A stretch of 124,000 nt of DNA from Octopus vulgaris (GCA_951406725.2 OX597817.1:117944001-118068000); one strand, 5' to 3'; numbered from the stretch's first letter, positions 57,397 to 71,338 are shown. Made by a program: numbers and translations. The notes: a model not told the origin generated them from the letters alone.

Positions 57397-60300
57397 TCAC
57401 TGGAATACTTCTGTATATACGATGTTCCTAGCTGTCCGTTTGGGCGAAAACATGAAAACATCATTGCGCCTCCCAACGCGTGAACAGCCCACGTAGAGTT
57501 GACCGTGGGCGAAGCACTGTTCGCCCAAATGTAACCCAGCGACTTGTAGCGTTTGGCCTTGGGATTTATTGATGGACATTGCGAAGCAGAGTTTAACAGG
57601 AAACTGAGAACGCCTGAAGTGGATTGGTAGGTCAGCGCCCGACGGTTGAAGGTGCATCCGTGGAATGAAGACGTCCTCTCCCTTCCCACAACCGGTAAGT
57701 ATTGTGGCCGTTATTAAATGTGGTGCCAAATGTTTCACAACCAAACGTGTGCCGTTGCACTGTTTAGGTGGAACCAAATTCCTGATGAGCATAATGGGCG
57801 CACCGACTTTTAACTTCAGGATGTGTGGTGGCAGGCATGGCGGTTCAAGTGAATTCAGGAATTCAACAGGATAATCGGCAAGCTGGGCGGGGTCTGCTGT
57901 CCTATCTATAGATTTGTAGACGTGGACATCACCAGGAATAGCTTCAAGTAGCTGGATATTGATGGAGTTGACGGTTGTATTTTTGGGTGCGAGAATAGCT
58001 CTGCCTGCCAGCCATTTTAGGTCGCGTAAATTGTTTTGTAGGTCGTGGAAGACAGCGTCCCGGAGGCTAGCAGGGGTGTTGACAATGGTGCAAAGTGAGT
58101 CCAATTGAACGTAGCCATCCGCATCAGACAGCATCCTATTTTCACCGAGCGATAAGAGGTCCCTGGAGAATGCAGCGGATCCGCTGTCACCAATTAACTG
58201 CGCGCGCATGTTAGTTTGGAGGTGCAAGGGCCGCACATGTGCCCAAAGAGCTGACGACTTAAGGCACGCGCGCACGGGTTCCTTTTGGAATAACAGGTAG
58301 AGTCTACCTGAAGTCTCCTGAAAGAAGTAAAGTTAATCCTCCCATGGGGGCCGTAGAGTCTCTGATGTCTTGCAGGGACCTGTCCAGTGCCTCAAGGGCG
58401 CTTTTGTGTGCCATAGTGCACTCGTCCCATACGATGAGTTTGCATCTGCGCAGAATGTCGGCCTGTTCTGAGTTCTTGGCGATGTTGCAGATAGGTGACT
58501 CGGACTTTGCCAGATCGAGCGGGAGTCTGAAGGCAGAGTGGGCGGTTCTGCCACCCGGAAGCAACGTGGCCGCGATACCAGAGGAAGCTACAGCCAGGGC
58601 AATGTCCGTGTTGCGTCTGACCTCTGCCAGAATTAGTTTAGTGACGAAGGTTTTGCCAGTGCCGCCGGGTGCATCAAGGAAGAAAATCCCCCCACGTTGC
58701 TGTCTGACAGAGTCTACGATGGTGTTATAGGCTATGCGCTGGTCTGGAAGCAGCCGTGGTTCATTATCTTGGACGTACTGGTGCAGTTCCTCAATGCAGT
58801 AGGAAGTTTCGCGTAACAATTCAGCAGACATAACATTGGCGTGTTCACGTGTGGGTGGTGGAAGGCCGTACTCTGTTAAAGCAGACCCACCCATATCGAT
58901 GACAGCGTCTTCGAGTTGAATGAGCGCAAAATTGTAAAAATTGTAAAAATTGTAAAAGTTGGTGAACGTGATCTCGGCGGAAGGGCAGTGTTGCTGAGCC
59001 GTACGTAAGAAGTCGTGCGACATGTCATCCCTGTATTTCATCCAGAGACTTAGTGGATCACTAAGCTGACATTTTTGAAGAAGGATTGCGAAAAGATGTC
59101 GTAGGGCCGAATGCGTTTGCAGTAAAGCACCCTCTGCCATCGTGGCGTCCCACTGGGAGTCATCCTCTAGAAGGCCAAGTCTCATACATGCTTCCCTGAA
59201 GGTGTCGCACAGAACCCCATTGACGGTATGTATATTGGCGAAACCTGTTGGACCAGTGACCTCATGTAGAAGGAGACGGAGGTAGAAGCATTCTTGCTGG
59301 TTTGGCGGGATGTTGTAAACTCGATCCAGGCAGGAGTCAAACTTGACGCCTGGGAAGCTTTCGACGTTTTTGCCGGATTTCCGTCGAACCCAGGTGTTTT
59401 TAGACCACACGAAGTACGATGGGACCTGTGGGTACAAAAGCGTTCGAGCGAAGTCATCACGTTGGCATAATTTGAAGAAACCAGTCAACGTTGTGTCTTT
59501 AGGGCTGGTGGCTATCTGCACAGCACTTTGCTCTGTGAAGTAAATCCGCTGTCCATTTTCCAAGTGTACAGCAAGCTGCACCACAGCCGGGTGTCTCTGA
59601 TGGAGCGGGAAGCCGTAAATGCGCCAAAACGCTTCGTTGCTGCTGAGGTACCGGCCAGCCAAGTAGTTGGACACTTCGTCGCGACTGGTGGTCCTCTGGA
59701 TGCTGAACATGGCAGCATCGCTGCCTTTGTTGATATATTTGCAGACATATTGTATTGGCCTGATGGAGCTGCAGAACTCAACGTTGACGTGGGCTTTGAA
59801 TATCTTCGACAGGAGAGGACAGTAGGGGACAATGTAGCTGTTGTCCACTTGATGTCGCCCAACCGTAATCGTGCGGCCTCCATTGGCTGGACTCCTTCGT
59901 TTGTACAGCGGATACCCATCGCCGCCTGTTTGAGTCTCCAAAGTGAACCGTTTAGGGAATCCCTTTGAGCAGGCTAATCCGTTTTTGTAGCATGGTGTGT
60001 TGGCGTAATTTGGTCCACAGGGCCCGTGTACCATGGTAGTGCGGACAATTTCGTAGAGTCCGGGGTCCTCATCGGGGTCAGGAATCTCGGCGGAAATGAA
60101 TTTGTCAATGTCATTAGTCTCGATTTTATGAGTGAGCCAAATTAAGATGTGAGCATGTGGCAAGCCCCTCTTTTGCCACTCGACCGAAAACATGTGGCAC
60201 CTGACGTGCCCGAAAATCTGACCCTTAACTATCAAATCCTTCATTTTGCCCAAATTCAGACGGAAAACCCTAGCAACGATGTCGTGTCGATGGGTGTGAG

Positions 60301-62272
60301 ATTGACCCGGGAGGAGTTCGCGAGTGATTTCGTCGCAGCTGGGATTGCACGTGTAGGTGATAAAGAGGTCCGGCCGGCCGTAAATGCGCACGTAGGTCAA
60401 GGCGTCTTGGGTCCTTTCACGCATATATCGCGGTCCTCCCGTGAAGGTGGAGGGTAGAATGCATGGCTTGCCGATGTTGCGAGGGTCATTTTCTTGTTGC
60501 AAACCGTCACGGAGATGAATGTAGGAGTCGGAGCGAAGTTTGGTCTGATTAAGTTTAATGTATAGCAGCCTTTCCGATTCCATTTTTGCGGCCATGTCGA
60601 CGGCGAACTGGTTGAATAGCTGACGACAACGGGGCAATAAGTTGAACTCACCCTCCCTGACCATGAACCGGTATGAGTAGAACGCCCTGCAGGAAACCGT
60701 CTTTGATGCCGCAGTAGTTTGATTGGAGGGCTGCCGTAAAGGAATTCCGAAGTGGTAGCCGTCTTCCCCATAAGGGAAAAGCAATGGATACTGAAGCGCG
60801 TCATAAGATCTGTGAGTCTCGCTGATCCTGTGTAGGTTGTTACCACGGGAGGAGATGATTATGTCACGGCTGTTGTGTTGCTCTCCGTGTATAACTGCGG
60901 CAATTTCGTTGCACGCAGGTGCGTTGAAACGGCGTTCGTGCTCCCCGTGGGGTCGTTTATCAGCATCAATGACAACGGTGAAGTTTGGAGATGGAGCACT
61001 GTCCAAGGCATATCTGAAGCTGCAGACGTAGCTGTTGATATCATGAAGCATGGTTTGGAGACGGAGAAGAATGTCTTTGCGAGGAACATAGCTTGTACCC
61101 GGTATTATTCCAAGGCGTGCATCAACCTGGTGGTTGTAGTCGGCAATGAAGTATATTTGGAGGAAAGAAGACTGCTGAATCTCGTCTGGCAGAAGTGACC
61201 CAATAAGATGGTAGACCTGTCCCTGCACTTTGAAAGTAGGCATCCAGCCTTCTCTGGGAGGAATTTTGGCCCCGAAAGAGGTCATTTGGAATGAGCAGTT
61301 GTACTTTCGAATTATTTCAAGGAATTGTGACGAATCGGGGGTTAAACCCGCCGCGAGATCCTTCAGTGGTTGAGGTGGTTCCCGTAGGGGTGGCAGGTCC
61401 ACTTTGCCACCAGAGCAGCACAAACCAGGTGGCTCTCCGGCCCATTTCTTGGCTTTGCAAAACTGGCATACAATTGTCATTGACCCTATCTTGATGTCGT
61501 CACGCAAGGAGAAGTTAATTGTGGCGTCGTAGTTGAATGCTAGTGACAACCAGAAAGCGGGGGCAGGGGTACGTACACCACGAATGATATCCCGACGTTT
61601 GTTGATACTCTCAAGTCGAGTGCACCGTGCCTCAGCAGATTCAGATGCACGTGCGACAGCGGTAGCAGTGGCATCCCTTGAAAGCCTTTCAGCTCTCGCC
61701 TCAGCACCCTCTGAAGCCCTAGCAGAAGCAGTGTTAATGGCATGTCTGGATGTCCGAATAGTCCGTTGGTGTGGAGTTTCGGCAGATCGAGCCCTGGCTG
61801 TGTTTGCGGCGTTAGCAGCTTGGCGAGCTCTCCTCTGTTGAGGTGTTTCGGCAGCTTTGGCCATGGCTTTGTTTGCGGCGTCAGCATCTTGGCGAGTTCT
61901 CCTCTGCTGTGAGGTTTCGACAGATCGTGTCCTGGCAAAGCTAGTGGCGTTAGCCGCATTCCGAATGGCCCTTTGTTCGGGGTTCTCGCGAGCTCTGCGG
62001 ATGGACGCACAGTAAGAAGCCCGCATGTTTTCGCTGGACTGTTGCTCTTTCGTCAACCTCGAGCGGAGGGAAGATCTGTACGCTGCGACCCTTGCAAGTC
62101 GGGTAGAACGGTCGCTAGTAGTTTCAGATGCCTGAGCAGCGGCATAACGGGAAGCTGTTTGCGAGAGGCGCAAGGCGGTTTCCTCGTGGGTCTCGCGTGC
62201 CCTTCTAGCCCTATCAGCCGATGCCTTGGCCGTCCGAGGGCTGAGGAGGGTCCTTCTCTTCTTGGGTGGCAT
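57397..62272 (-). pseudogene. Helitron Rep/helicase (RepHel) ORF, ~1628 aa if repaired, interrupted by TAG at 58304-58306 and a frameshift near 58271
   Basis: Likely start MPPKKRR (ATG 62272); 23-aa repeats; CQFC..CC Zn motif; Rep motifs RPDLFITYTCNP, VEWQKRGLPHAHILIW, YVCKYINKG; Pif1 motifs DAPGGTGKT, IVWDE, GDFR, RRSQFP, FAMSINKSQGQT, HGQLYVGCSRV. Confidence 0.95.
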
Positions 62273-62393
62273 TTTGGTGGATAGCAATGTGTTTGGCAAA
62301 GGTGTAATAAAAAGGAACACGTGGGGTAAGTATTTTGGTGGATAGCAATGTGTTTGGTAAAGGTGTAATAAAAAGGAGCTCGTGGGGTAAGTA
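62272..62393. repeat. 61-bp tandem duplication directly upstream of the Helitron start codon
   Basis: 62272-62332 vs 62333-62393, three differences. Confidence 0.9.
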
Positions 62394-63416
62394 TCCGAAA
62401 ATGTATAAAAATGTACAAAAACGGCCAAAAAGCTGGCAGCAATGTGAGTGACAACAACGAAAAAGTCAAAAGTGATCAAACTGAACAAACGAAAGGAAAA
62501 GTTTTTTGATGCACACGACAAAAGTGGTTTATAATAAACCAAGAGTTTGCAAGTAGCGTCCGAGGACCGTTAGGGTACGTCAAAAATTGAAGGTAAAACG
62601 TTTGGGGTGGTAGTTATAAAGAAAGTTTAAACCAAAAAAGTATTCGAATAACTTGCGGCTGCAGCAGCTATTAGCAGAAGTGGCGGTGTTGGGGGTAAAG
62701 TCTCGAATGTAATTTCTTCCTGGTAGGAATTGGTTGGATCGAATTATCGATAGCTAAAAAGGTCAAGTTGCGTCCCCTAGACAGTCTGGTTTGTGTTTAA
62801 TACACAAATTTGTTTGCTATGTGTGCCACATATGATTAAATTAACCGATTTTTTCCAATAATGTATCCTATTGGAATAAAAAGGGCTATATAGCTCCTTG
62901 GAGCAGACATGATGCTCGTTGTGAAAAAAAAAAAAGATTCCTGCCAATTTGTGAAAGATATTGTCGAAAATATGTCATCTTGAATTTGAACGCGATTTCT
63001 CAAAATTGCATGATTTTATCGATTGTTTCTGATGGTAAGGTATTGCATGGAAAACTAACGTCAGAATTGAGTTTCTTAGGGTAACATTAAGCTTCACCAT
63101 GAGTTTGGTGAAAATGATTGCAAGTTGTGAAAACTACCATAGATAATGCGTTGCATAAAAAAAGCTTAGATTCTCGAGTTGCGTCCCCTAGACAATCTGT
63201 GGTTCATGTTTATGATTCTCGACCCCATGTCGAATTTATCAATTTTTTCAGAACTGGGGGAACTTTTCAAAATTTTCGCTGCGTTAGTTTTGAATTATGA
63301 CATTGGGCTATGTGTGTGTCAAGTTTCATCAGAATCGGTTGAAAGCCGTGGTCAGGGTGAGGGTACGAGAAAACAGACACACAGAAGCACGCACAGACAA
63401 CCTGCCGTTTATATAT

Positions 63417-63469
<53 letters not shown>

Positions 63470-63470
<1 letters not shown>

Positions 63471-65211
63471 TAGAATTATGACCCGTCGTTGCCGGGTCAT
63501 AGTGCTACTGCATGTATATATGTGTATATATATGTGTACATATCACATCTACATCTATATATATACATCTACACATGAAATAGAAAATACAAAGTTATAT
63601 CTTGATATCGCTAGTGATAACAATACTCAAAATATATAACAGACCGGAATTGTATGCCCGTCTCTTGCAATTTCGATCAATTGTATATTGTCCTCCCACT
63701 TGTATAGAAGTGTGGCTACAATCCAGCCTACCTCTACTTCTGGGGGGACATTTTAAATTTTTATCCGGGACGTCCTACGTCCCAGATATAAAGGTAAAGA
63801 TAAAATATTTCCACTTTGCAAGATTCGAGTCAAGTACTCCCTTGCACGCTCCTTTGACTCGAACCTTGCTTATATTGTGGCGAATTTACCGTCTCTGGTT
63901 AGATAGGTTTCATAGTCGCACCAAGACACTTTTTGATGGTGCTTTCCTCCAGGTGTTCAAATCTTAGTTTCTCTACATTTTATACGTCATAGACAATAGT
64001 CTTTTCTTTAATTTAATTTTTTTATTTCGTTTGTTAGTGTTATCCGAGATTCACCGTCTTTGTCGGTGATCAATACGAAATAGGTTTGTATTTTTCCATT
64101 TTAAATTTTAATGAATTCGCCCCCGCCGACGGCTGCAGCGAAATTCAGTTTTGGACTTTCTTCTATCAAAGTCATTCTAACAAAAATGCCTCCGTATAAA
64201 CGGTGAAAATATTGTCAATTTCCCCAAACAGGGACACAATTCCATTTTTAAACAATAACCAAAGCTCCTTCTCCCAAAGGGGGGAGGGTTACAGTTTACA
64301 TTTATTTAACAAATGGAACACAACAACGTTTCCTTTACGAAGAACCAACAAACGTGATAACAATAGTTAAATAGTAATAATAATAACAACAAACCTTACG
64401 GTGAATCAAAAAGCAGTACGCAGTTGAAGCGATAGTCCTTTATGTATAAGAAATAAACCAACAGCAGTACTCAGTAGAAGCGGCTGTTCCAGAAAACAGA
64501 CATTACATACAGCCAAACTTCATATAGATACTTAATGCTAGCTAATTAGCAGATAATCTAATGTAAAAGCCGTAGTAAACGGTATGCGCACAGCTCCATC
64601 TGGACTATTCCATTTCTACACGCTAAGTTTATTTTTAATTTATTCCCATTCATGTGAAGCCACTTATTCAAGTTCAAGTTATTGATGCAATTTTATACCA
64701 TTGCTATTTTTACTTTTGATATGTTACGATTATATTATACTTTAGTTTGATTTTAATTATTAATAACTACATATAATTCAATTGTTATTATTATCTCTAA
64801 TTTTTATTGTTAAAGTGAAAGTATCTGACATAAAATAGAGAAATGCTTTTGTTTCACTTTTAACACGTAATACTGAAATAGGGGAGATGATATGATATCG
64901 CCATGGGCTCGCCCTAGGCAAGAAGTTGAACATTCTTTTTGCCCATGAAACTACATGGACCCAAAGTAAGGCATGTGTAAAATTTGAATGAAATTGGTTG
65001 TGTAGTTCTCAAGTTTTAGGGAATCGTAGTGGAGAAGATATGATATTGCTGTGGGCTCGCTCTAGGCAAAAAGTTTAAAATGTTTTTGCCGATGACCCTC
65101 CCCGGACCCTAAGTAAGATATGTGTCAACTTTGAATGAAATTGGTTGTGTAGTTCTCAAGTTTTAGGGAAACACACAAACAGACAGACACACACACATAG
65201 TTTTATATAGA
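63470..65211 (-). mobile_element. Non-autonomous Helitron, 1742 bp, in tandem with the autonomous copy
   Basis: CTAG 63470-63473; hairpin ATGACCCG/CGGGTCAT 63478-63500; 5' A|TCTATATAAAAC at 65211; ~147-bp tandem duplication near the 5' end (~64825-65170). Confidence 0.85.
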
Positions 65212-65489
65212 TAGATAACGACCGGTTTCTCTCAGTTGTCGTCTATCAAATCTACTCACAAGGTAATATAAAGATTCTTTCAATTTCGATGTACCAAGTT
65301 CAGTGACAAAGGCTTTTGGTCGCCCGGGGCTGTAAAAGAAGACACTACCCCGAGTTTCCACGAAATGAGACTGAAACGAGAATTATGTATTTGGGAAACA
65401 AACTACTTGCGACACAGTCATATTGATATATGTTACAAATATGGACGCATCTAAGTGCATTGAAAAGTAATGAAAGACAATTGATTTTC

Positions 65490-65525
<36 letters not shown>

Positions 65526-65526
65526 G

Positions 65527-65572
<46 letters not shown>

Positions 65573-66389
65573 AAATTTTAGCTTTTATCTTTTAAGGAGA
65601 TAGCATTGGTATCTATAACTACCTACTATCACCCCAAAAATGCGTTTAAAATTTCGTGTGCATTGTAACGTTTTTAGAGACATTGAAAAATTGGTGTGTA
65701 AAATAATGGTATATCTTTCAACCGATATAACATTCTTGCGTTTACTAGTCTGTGTATGAAGGACAGTGTTTATTTCCATTTTTGTAACCAACTAGACAAA
65801 CATTTTCAGATGGATATTGCAAATCTATTGAAGTGGATATTTGTTTATATGGCAACCACTTAAATCGAAAACGACTGGTGTCTTATAAATATAAATAGAC
65901 ATACTTACTCTGAGCATTTCTACCAATTTTAAATTGATAAACTCACATTAGTGACACATCCTCCTGCTGATTCAAGAAATATAAGGTCATTTTTCTAGTG
66001 TCTGGCCTTAAATAATCTGTGAATGAGTAAATCTCCATGTAATATGTTTTAACTATGTCGACCCAAAATTTTTCTTCGTTTGTTTTCGTAACAAATCAGC
66101 AGTAGATTTTTAAAATCATGAGATATAGATAAGTTAAAAGAGAATATCCTATCTCCAAAATATCAATCGATGCAACCGAATGTTTGTTATTATCAATGAC
66201 GCTTTCGCTCTGGCAATTCTTATACCGACACTAATCCAAATGAGCGAGTCATAGCCAATGGGCAAAATACATTTGGGTCATTCTTTTTTCTGTCAACTTT
66301 CCAACACACTCCTTTGAGACCTTGCTGTTCTTAATAAGGCTGTTTTCTACTGCAGTTCCGTTCTGATTGTAATTCATATCATCTCAACC

Positions 66390-66884
66390 CATGCATTCGA
66401 CCTTTTTTTAACTGCTCACAGTGTGCCAACCACACTCGGTACCATTTCTGCTTTCCTGATTCTCCATATCTTCTCTATTATTGTTGTTGTTGCTGTTCTT
66501 CTTGTTATAGAACCAAAGCTCAAGTTTGGTCTTATTCCTGGTAGGATTTATTTGTAGCGGGATACTACCTATAACATTTTGTATCCACATGTTTTCAGGA
66601 ATCTTTGAAGTACTTAGAACGCTCCTGATAATTCTTGTTGTCCTTAAGATGTAAATCATCTGTTGGAAGTTTACCGGACATTCTGTTTTAATCTCCCTCA
66701 GCCATTCGTCTATATCTTGCCTTACTGTTCTGAACGCACGATCTTTACTGTTCGCTTACTCCAAGCACTTCCTATTTCAAGTGTTATAGGTTTGTATTTT
66801 CTTTGCTTTTCTTCCTCTTTCTTACGATCCTGGGTTTCTTCTTTTTTCTTTTATTATTATTGTTGTTGTTGTTGTTGTTATTAA

Positions 66885-66939
<55 letters not shown>

Positions 66940-68100
66940 GTTGTTATTATTATTATTATTATTATCTTTTTACCACAGGTTATTTTTGAGCTCCTGGAGA
67001 CTTGCATGCGTAGATAGCTTACTACCGGCAGCCTACGGTACCATGTTATTCGTTCTGCTATCTAATACTCTCCTCATCATTCTGGCCCTGCCAAGGAGGC
67101 AAACCTTTTGTAACAGTTCTTCTGGGCACTCTATTTCAATTTCCTTTATATTCCCTTTGATGCCTTCTGATACTGTTCCCAAGAACAATAATTGACATTA
67201 TCTTCACCTTTTTCATTTTCCATAGCCGGGCTATTTCGTTATATTTATCTATATTTTCGCCTTCCTTCTAGACTATTCGTGTATCTAAGAGGTATGCAAC
67301 ATCAACTATACAGTATATATCGTGCACCTTGTCCCCCACCACTTGGTGTGGTCTGTTATGCTCTAGTATCTGATCTGTTTGGATTGGGAAATCCCAGAAG
67401 ATTTTGCTAGTCTTCGACTCTGCCACTCTCTGTGGTTTGGCTCATACCACGTCTTGCCTCTCTCTATCCTCCACTTTTCGCAGTTTCCAATGTAGCACTT
67501 TCGCCACCTGGTTCTATGGCCAGGAGGACCCGTGAGTATTTCACGGAATTAATGGTAAACGTATTGGGTTTTCCTGAAAATATAATCCAAAATACCTGAA
67601 AGGATATTTACACTATTTACATTATTTACATTTGACCGTACATGTTTTTCCATCCATGCTTTTCCTGTTTTTGTGTTCATTTTTTGATTAAATCTTTCTT
67701 TCATAACACAATTTACAGTTTTGATGATGCCGGCCCTCCTCGTATGTTTTAACAATAGCTCCACGGCATTTTTTATACAACCGTATGTTGTTTTCTCCTG
67801 ATTCACTACAGTCCGGGTAACTGATTAAACGTCTCCCACCCACAGACTTTCGTCTGGGCAAGTACATCCTATCGCTGTCACTGTCAGGGTGGAAGGCTCT
67901 TTCTGGACTTGGTGTCCATTTTCATCACTTCTCTCTTTCGCCATTTTATAATTCCCGCTCCATTCCAAACTGATGCTATCGCCCGCGTACCAACTGCTTG
68001 GATTTTATTCCATCCAGTCAATTTTGAGCTCAGCACCACCCTCAGTCTTCGGAAATACTCCATCCTCACTTGGTCTTTCATTTCCCACTGCCTTATCTCA
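66390..68100 (-). mobile_element. R4/Dong-like non-LTR retrotransposon fragments around an (ATT)n tract
   Basis: MKDQVRMEYFRRLRVVLSSKLTGWNKIQAVG..AGIIKWRKREVMKMDTKSRK (67884-68081) and ILRTTRIIRSVL (~66630). Confidence 0.7.
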
Positions 68101-68107
68101 TTTAGTA

Positions 68108-68533
68108 AGTTAGTTAGTTAGTTAATTGTTGGCTCAAAAGCAAATAGCAAGGCCATGTACGGGGACAATGAGTTAAGTACAGGGTGGTGTTCATGTAAAG
68201 AGTTCAGGCCACTTGAGGTCAAGGGAGACTTTTAACAAAGCGGTCGTCGGCATCTTCACCATCTCGTCTGGCAGCTTGTTCCATGGATCCGCAACCCGGA
68301 CGGAGAAAGCTCCTCTCCTTCGATTGAGATGAAATCGTCACAGGTAGAACTTTTCGGAATGACTCCGCAGCCGACGCACTGGAGAAGGAGTGAAGAGCAC
68401 CTCTTTCGAGAGGTTACACTTTCCACTTATGATGTTGTGAGCGAGAATGAGATCACCATGGCGGCGGCGTTTTTCTAGAGAATAAAGGTCGAGCGTCCTA
68501 AGCCTTTCTTCATAAGACAATTTTTTGAGACCA
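68108..68533 (-). mobile_element. Short 5'-truncated copy of the CR1/L2 LINE at 4943-6052
   Basis: High identity to 4943-5375; same (TAAC)n tail. Confidence 0.9.
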
Positions 68534-68536
68534 TCT

Positions 68537-69627
68537 TGTTTATTTTTATGTTTTCCTTATTTATTATTAGTGTTGCTTAATATCTTTTGATAAAAGTACT
68601 GTTTCTTTTCAGATGTCAACAGATAAAGATAATTAAATTTCATTAAAATGACAGATCTATTGGACTTTCAAAGAGGACAAATTGCCAAGAAATGCATGGC
68701 ACGCGCTAGCGTAACGAAAATAGCCGAAATACTTAGTCCATCGCTAGGTACTGTCTCGAAAGTAATGACAAGCTTGCTTTGGGAAAGTGGGAAAAACCTC
68801 CTCGTTGAAACAAAACTCCGGAAGGATACCAAAACTTTCAGAGAGAGACGCTTGGACTCTTATGCGAATTGTCAGAAAGGACTACAAATATACAGCTCCC
68901 AAAATTACTGCAGAGCTTAATGATCACCTCAAGAACTCAGTTTCCACAAAAACTATTCGCCGGGATCTGTACAAAGCCGAATTTCAATCAGAAAACCATT
69001 ACCTTCAAAAAACAAACTTTGCAAAGCGTTTTGAGTGGAGTAAAAACCTACAGAATTGGTCCCTTGATCAGTGGAAGAATGATATATTCTCGGAATAGTC
69101 ATTCTTTACCATATCTCCGACCATCGGCCGAGTATACGTGTGGAGACAGCCAAAAGAAGCATTTCACCCAGACTGCCTTCGTCCAACTGTTAAACATGGA
69201 GGATCTGTGATGATCTGGTGTAGGGGGGATATATCTTGAAAATCTGCTGGCCCAATGGTTTTGCTTCATGAGAGATTTAATAGTCAAGGCTATTTAAGCA
69301 TTTTGTCTTATCAAATTCATCCTGTTTCCGGGCGGAAACAATCTTTCAGGATGATAATGCTCCAATTACACATCACACAGCTAAAGTTGTTATTGAATGG
69401 CACGAGGAACATTCTAGGTAAGTTGAACAGGTTATCTGGCTACCACAGTCCTCAGACTGCTTTAGCTGAAGAATGGACAAAACTTTCTTTGGAAACAACT
69501 CGAACTTTATACGAGTCCATACCTCGTAGAATACAAGCTGTAGTTACTGCCAAATGCATTCCTATCCGAAATTAAAATAATTTTGTTTGAAATTTTAAGC
69601 TGTTTCCATTATTTGTTCCAACCCCTG
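68537..69627 (+). mobile_element. Tc1-like transposon lacking its left TIR; transposase frameshifted
   Basis: KQNSGRIPKLSERD..RIVRK..TAPKITAELND..VSTKTIRR, WKNDIFSE, VKHGGSVMIW; right TIR TTCCATTATTTGTTCCAACCCCTG followed by TA. Confidence 0.85.
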
Positions 69628-69984
69628 TATGTATAGAAATAATCAGTATATGACTTAACTTATTCCATAAAGTTTGATAAATTCATTCAAATTTAGAGAA
69701 TGAAGCAGATTCAATGTCAAAATGGAATTTAGTCTTTGTCTTCATATTCCTCTGCAATTGTTTCTTACAAATAGACCAAGATATTCATAGATAGAACATC
69801 GGAGTGAGCAAACTTGCATTCTTCTGTAGGTAATATTTAAAGGAAAATAACAAGATGTTTAAAATATATATAGATTGTTTTTTCTTAGTTATAGTTTAAG
69901 AGGATTTATATATTCATTATTTCAGTCACGTTTATTTTAATCTAGACTAAAATATAATAGGAATTGGGTGCTAATATATCTATG

Positions 69985-70038
<54 letters not shown>

Positions 70039-71278
70039 TACACACACATATATATATATATGTATGTATGCATGTATGTATTTAAAACTCCTTATAACAC
70101 TTTTTACTGTTCAAGCTGTATTTGTATGTACGTTCGGAATTACCAAATAAGGAACTATATGTTATTTCAAATTCATATTTAATATTTGTTAACTGTCATC
70201 TCTCATAGTTTACGAACACGTATACATGTCTGCATCAGTCTGTAACTAGATAATCTATGTATATACACAATGTTTGAAAGTATAGGAAGTTTAATCAGTA
70301 TTTCAGGAAGAAACAACCATAGCCATCCAATACTGCAGAATTTTAAATTTCTATAAAATTATTTTAGAATTGGATCATTTATTATCGACCTTTTCTGCTC
70401 ATACACCAATGATTTGCACTAACTCTAGTTTATACATAAATGATCGGGAATGATATTGCATTTCTTCGAAATATTTGTTCTCATTACTTTTCGACAATTG
70501 AATGCTAAGGAAATGTCAAGACCTTACTTTTATATGTTTCTACTAGAGTACGTCAGTTTGAGAAACTGCTTGAACGTTTCGTGTTGTCTCAGATTTTCTG
70601 AAGCAGTCATAGGTTATGATTACTACGAAATTCTTTGTGAAGTTAATATCGATTTCTATAATATTGAGAAGAAAAATTATATATGCAATTCCGAAGATTG
70701 GGGCTGATTGCGCGAACAGATGAAACAATAAACTTACACATAAGAAAAGCTAAGAGACTTATATAGATTCTTTGCTTCTAATTGCAACTTTACACCGTAA
70801 TCGCAAATGTCATTATTTTATTGTTTCTTGTCAGTGATTTTGAAGCCCGGATATTTCTAAATGAAGAAGCCTACATAAAATTATATGAAAATCATTTCTT
70901 CTGTAAAATTCTTGTACTATTTGGTCAATACTTCATAGTAAAGAAATGTCAATATTCCTTCCTGTTCTTACCTTGTATTGTTTAGCTTAATTCATTAAAT
71001 TTTAATTTGATGCTGCCTATCAAAAGAATCACGAACGGTATTACATATGCATACGGGTATAAAACAACCACCAACTCAAAATGATACTATTTTTCATATG
71101 AAAAGTTTTAAGCGTTAACTGACATCCATTTGAATTCTGAGAAAAGGATGTATATAAAATGGTCTTATTGATAATAGGAAAGCTAGACAAATCAATAATA
71201 TTATCGACAACCATCAACAGCTCAATAGTGATGAAGACGATGACGACGCCGACGACGCCGCCGACGACGACGATGATA

Positions 71279-71338
<60 letters not shown>

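Noticed and set aside
58344-62469. Several 70-156 aa ORFs overlapping or antisense to the Helitron RepHel
   Set aside because: Expected shadow ORFs of a GC-rich coding sequence; no motifs.
58304-62542. Track ORF start at 62542 (1412 aa)
   Set aside because: The first ~90 codons run through AT-rich UTR-like sequence and the 61-bp duplication. The ATG at 62272 (MPPKKRR) is the more plausible start.
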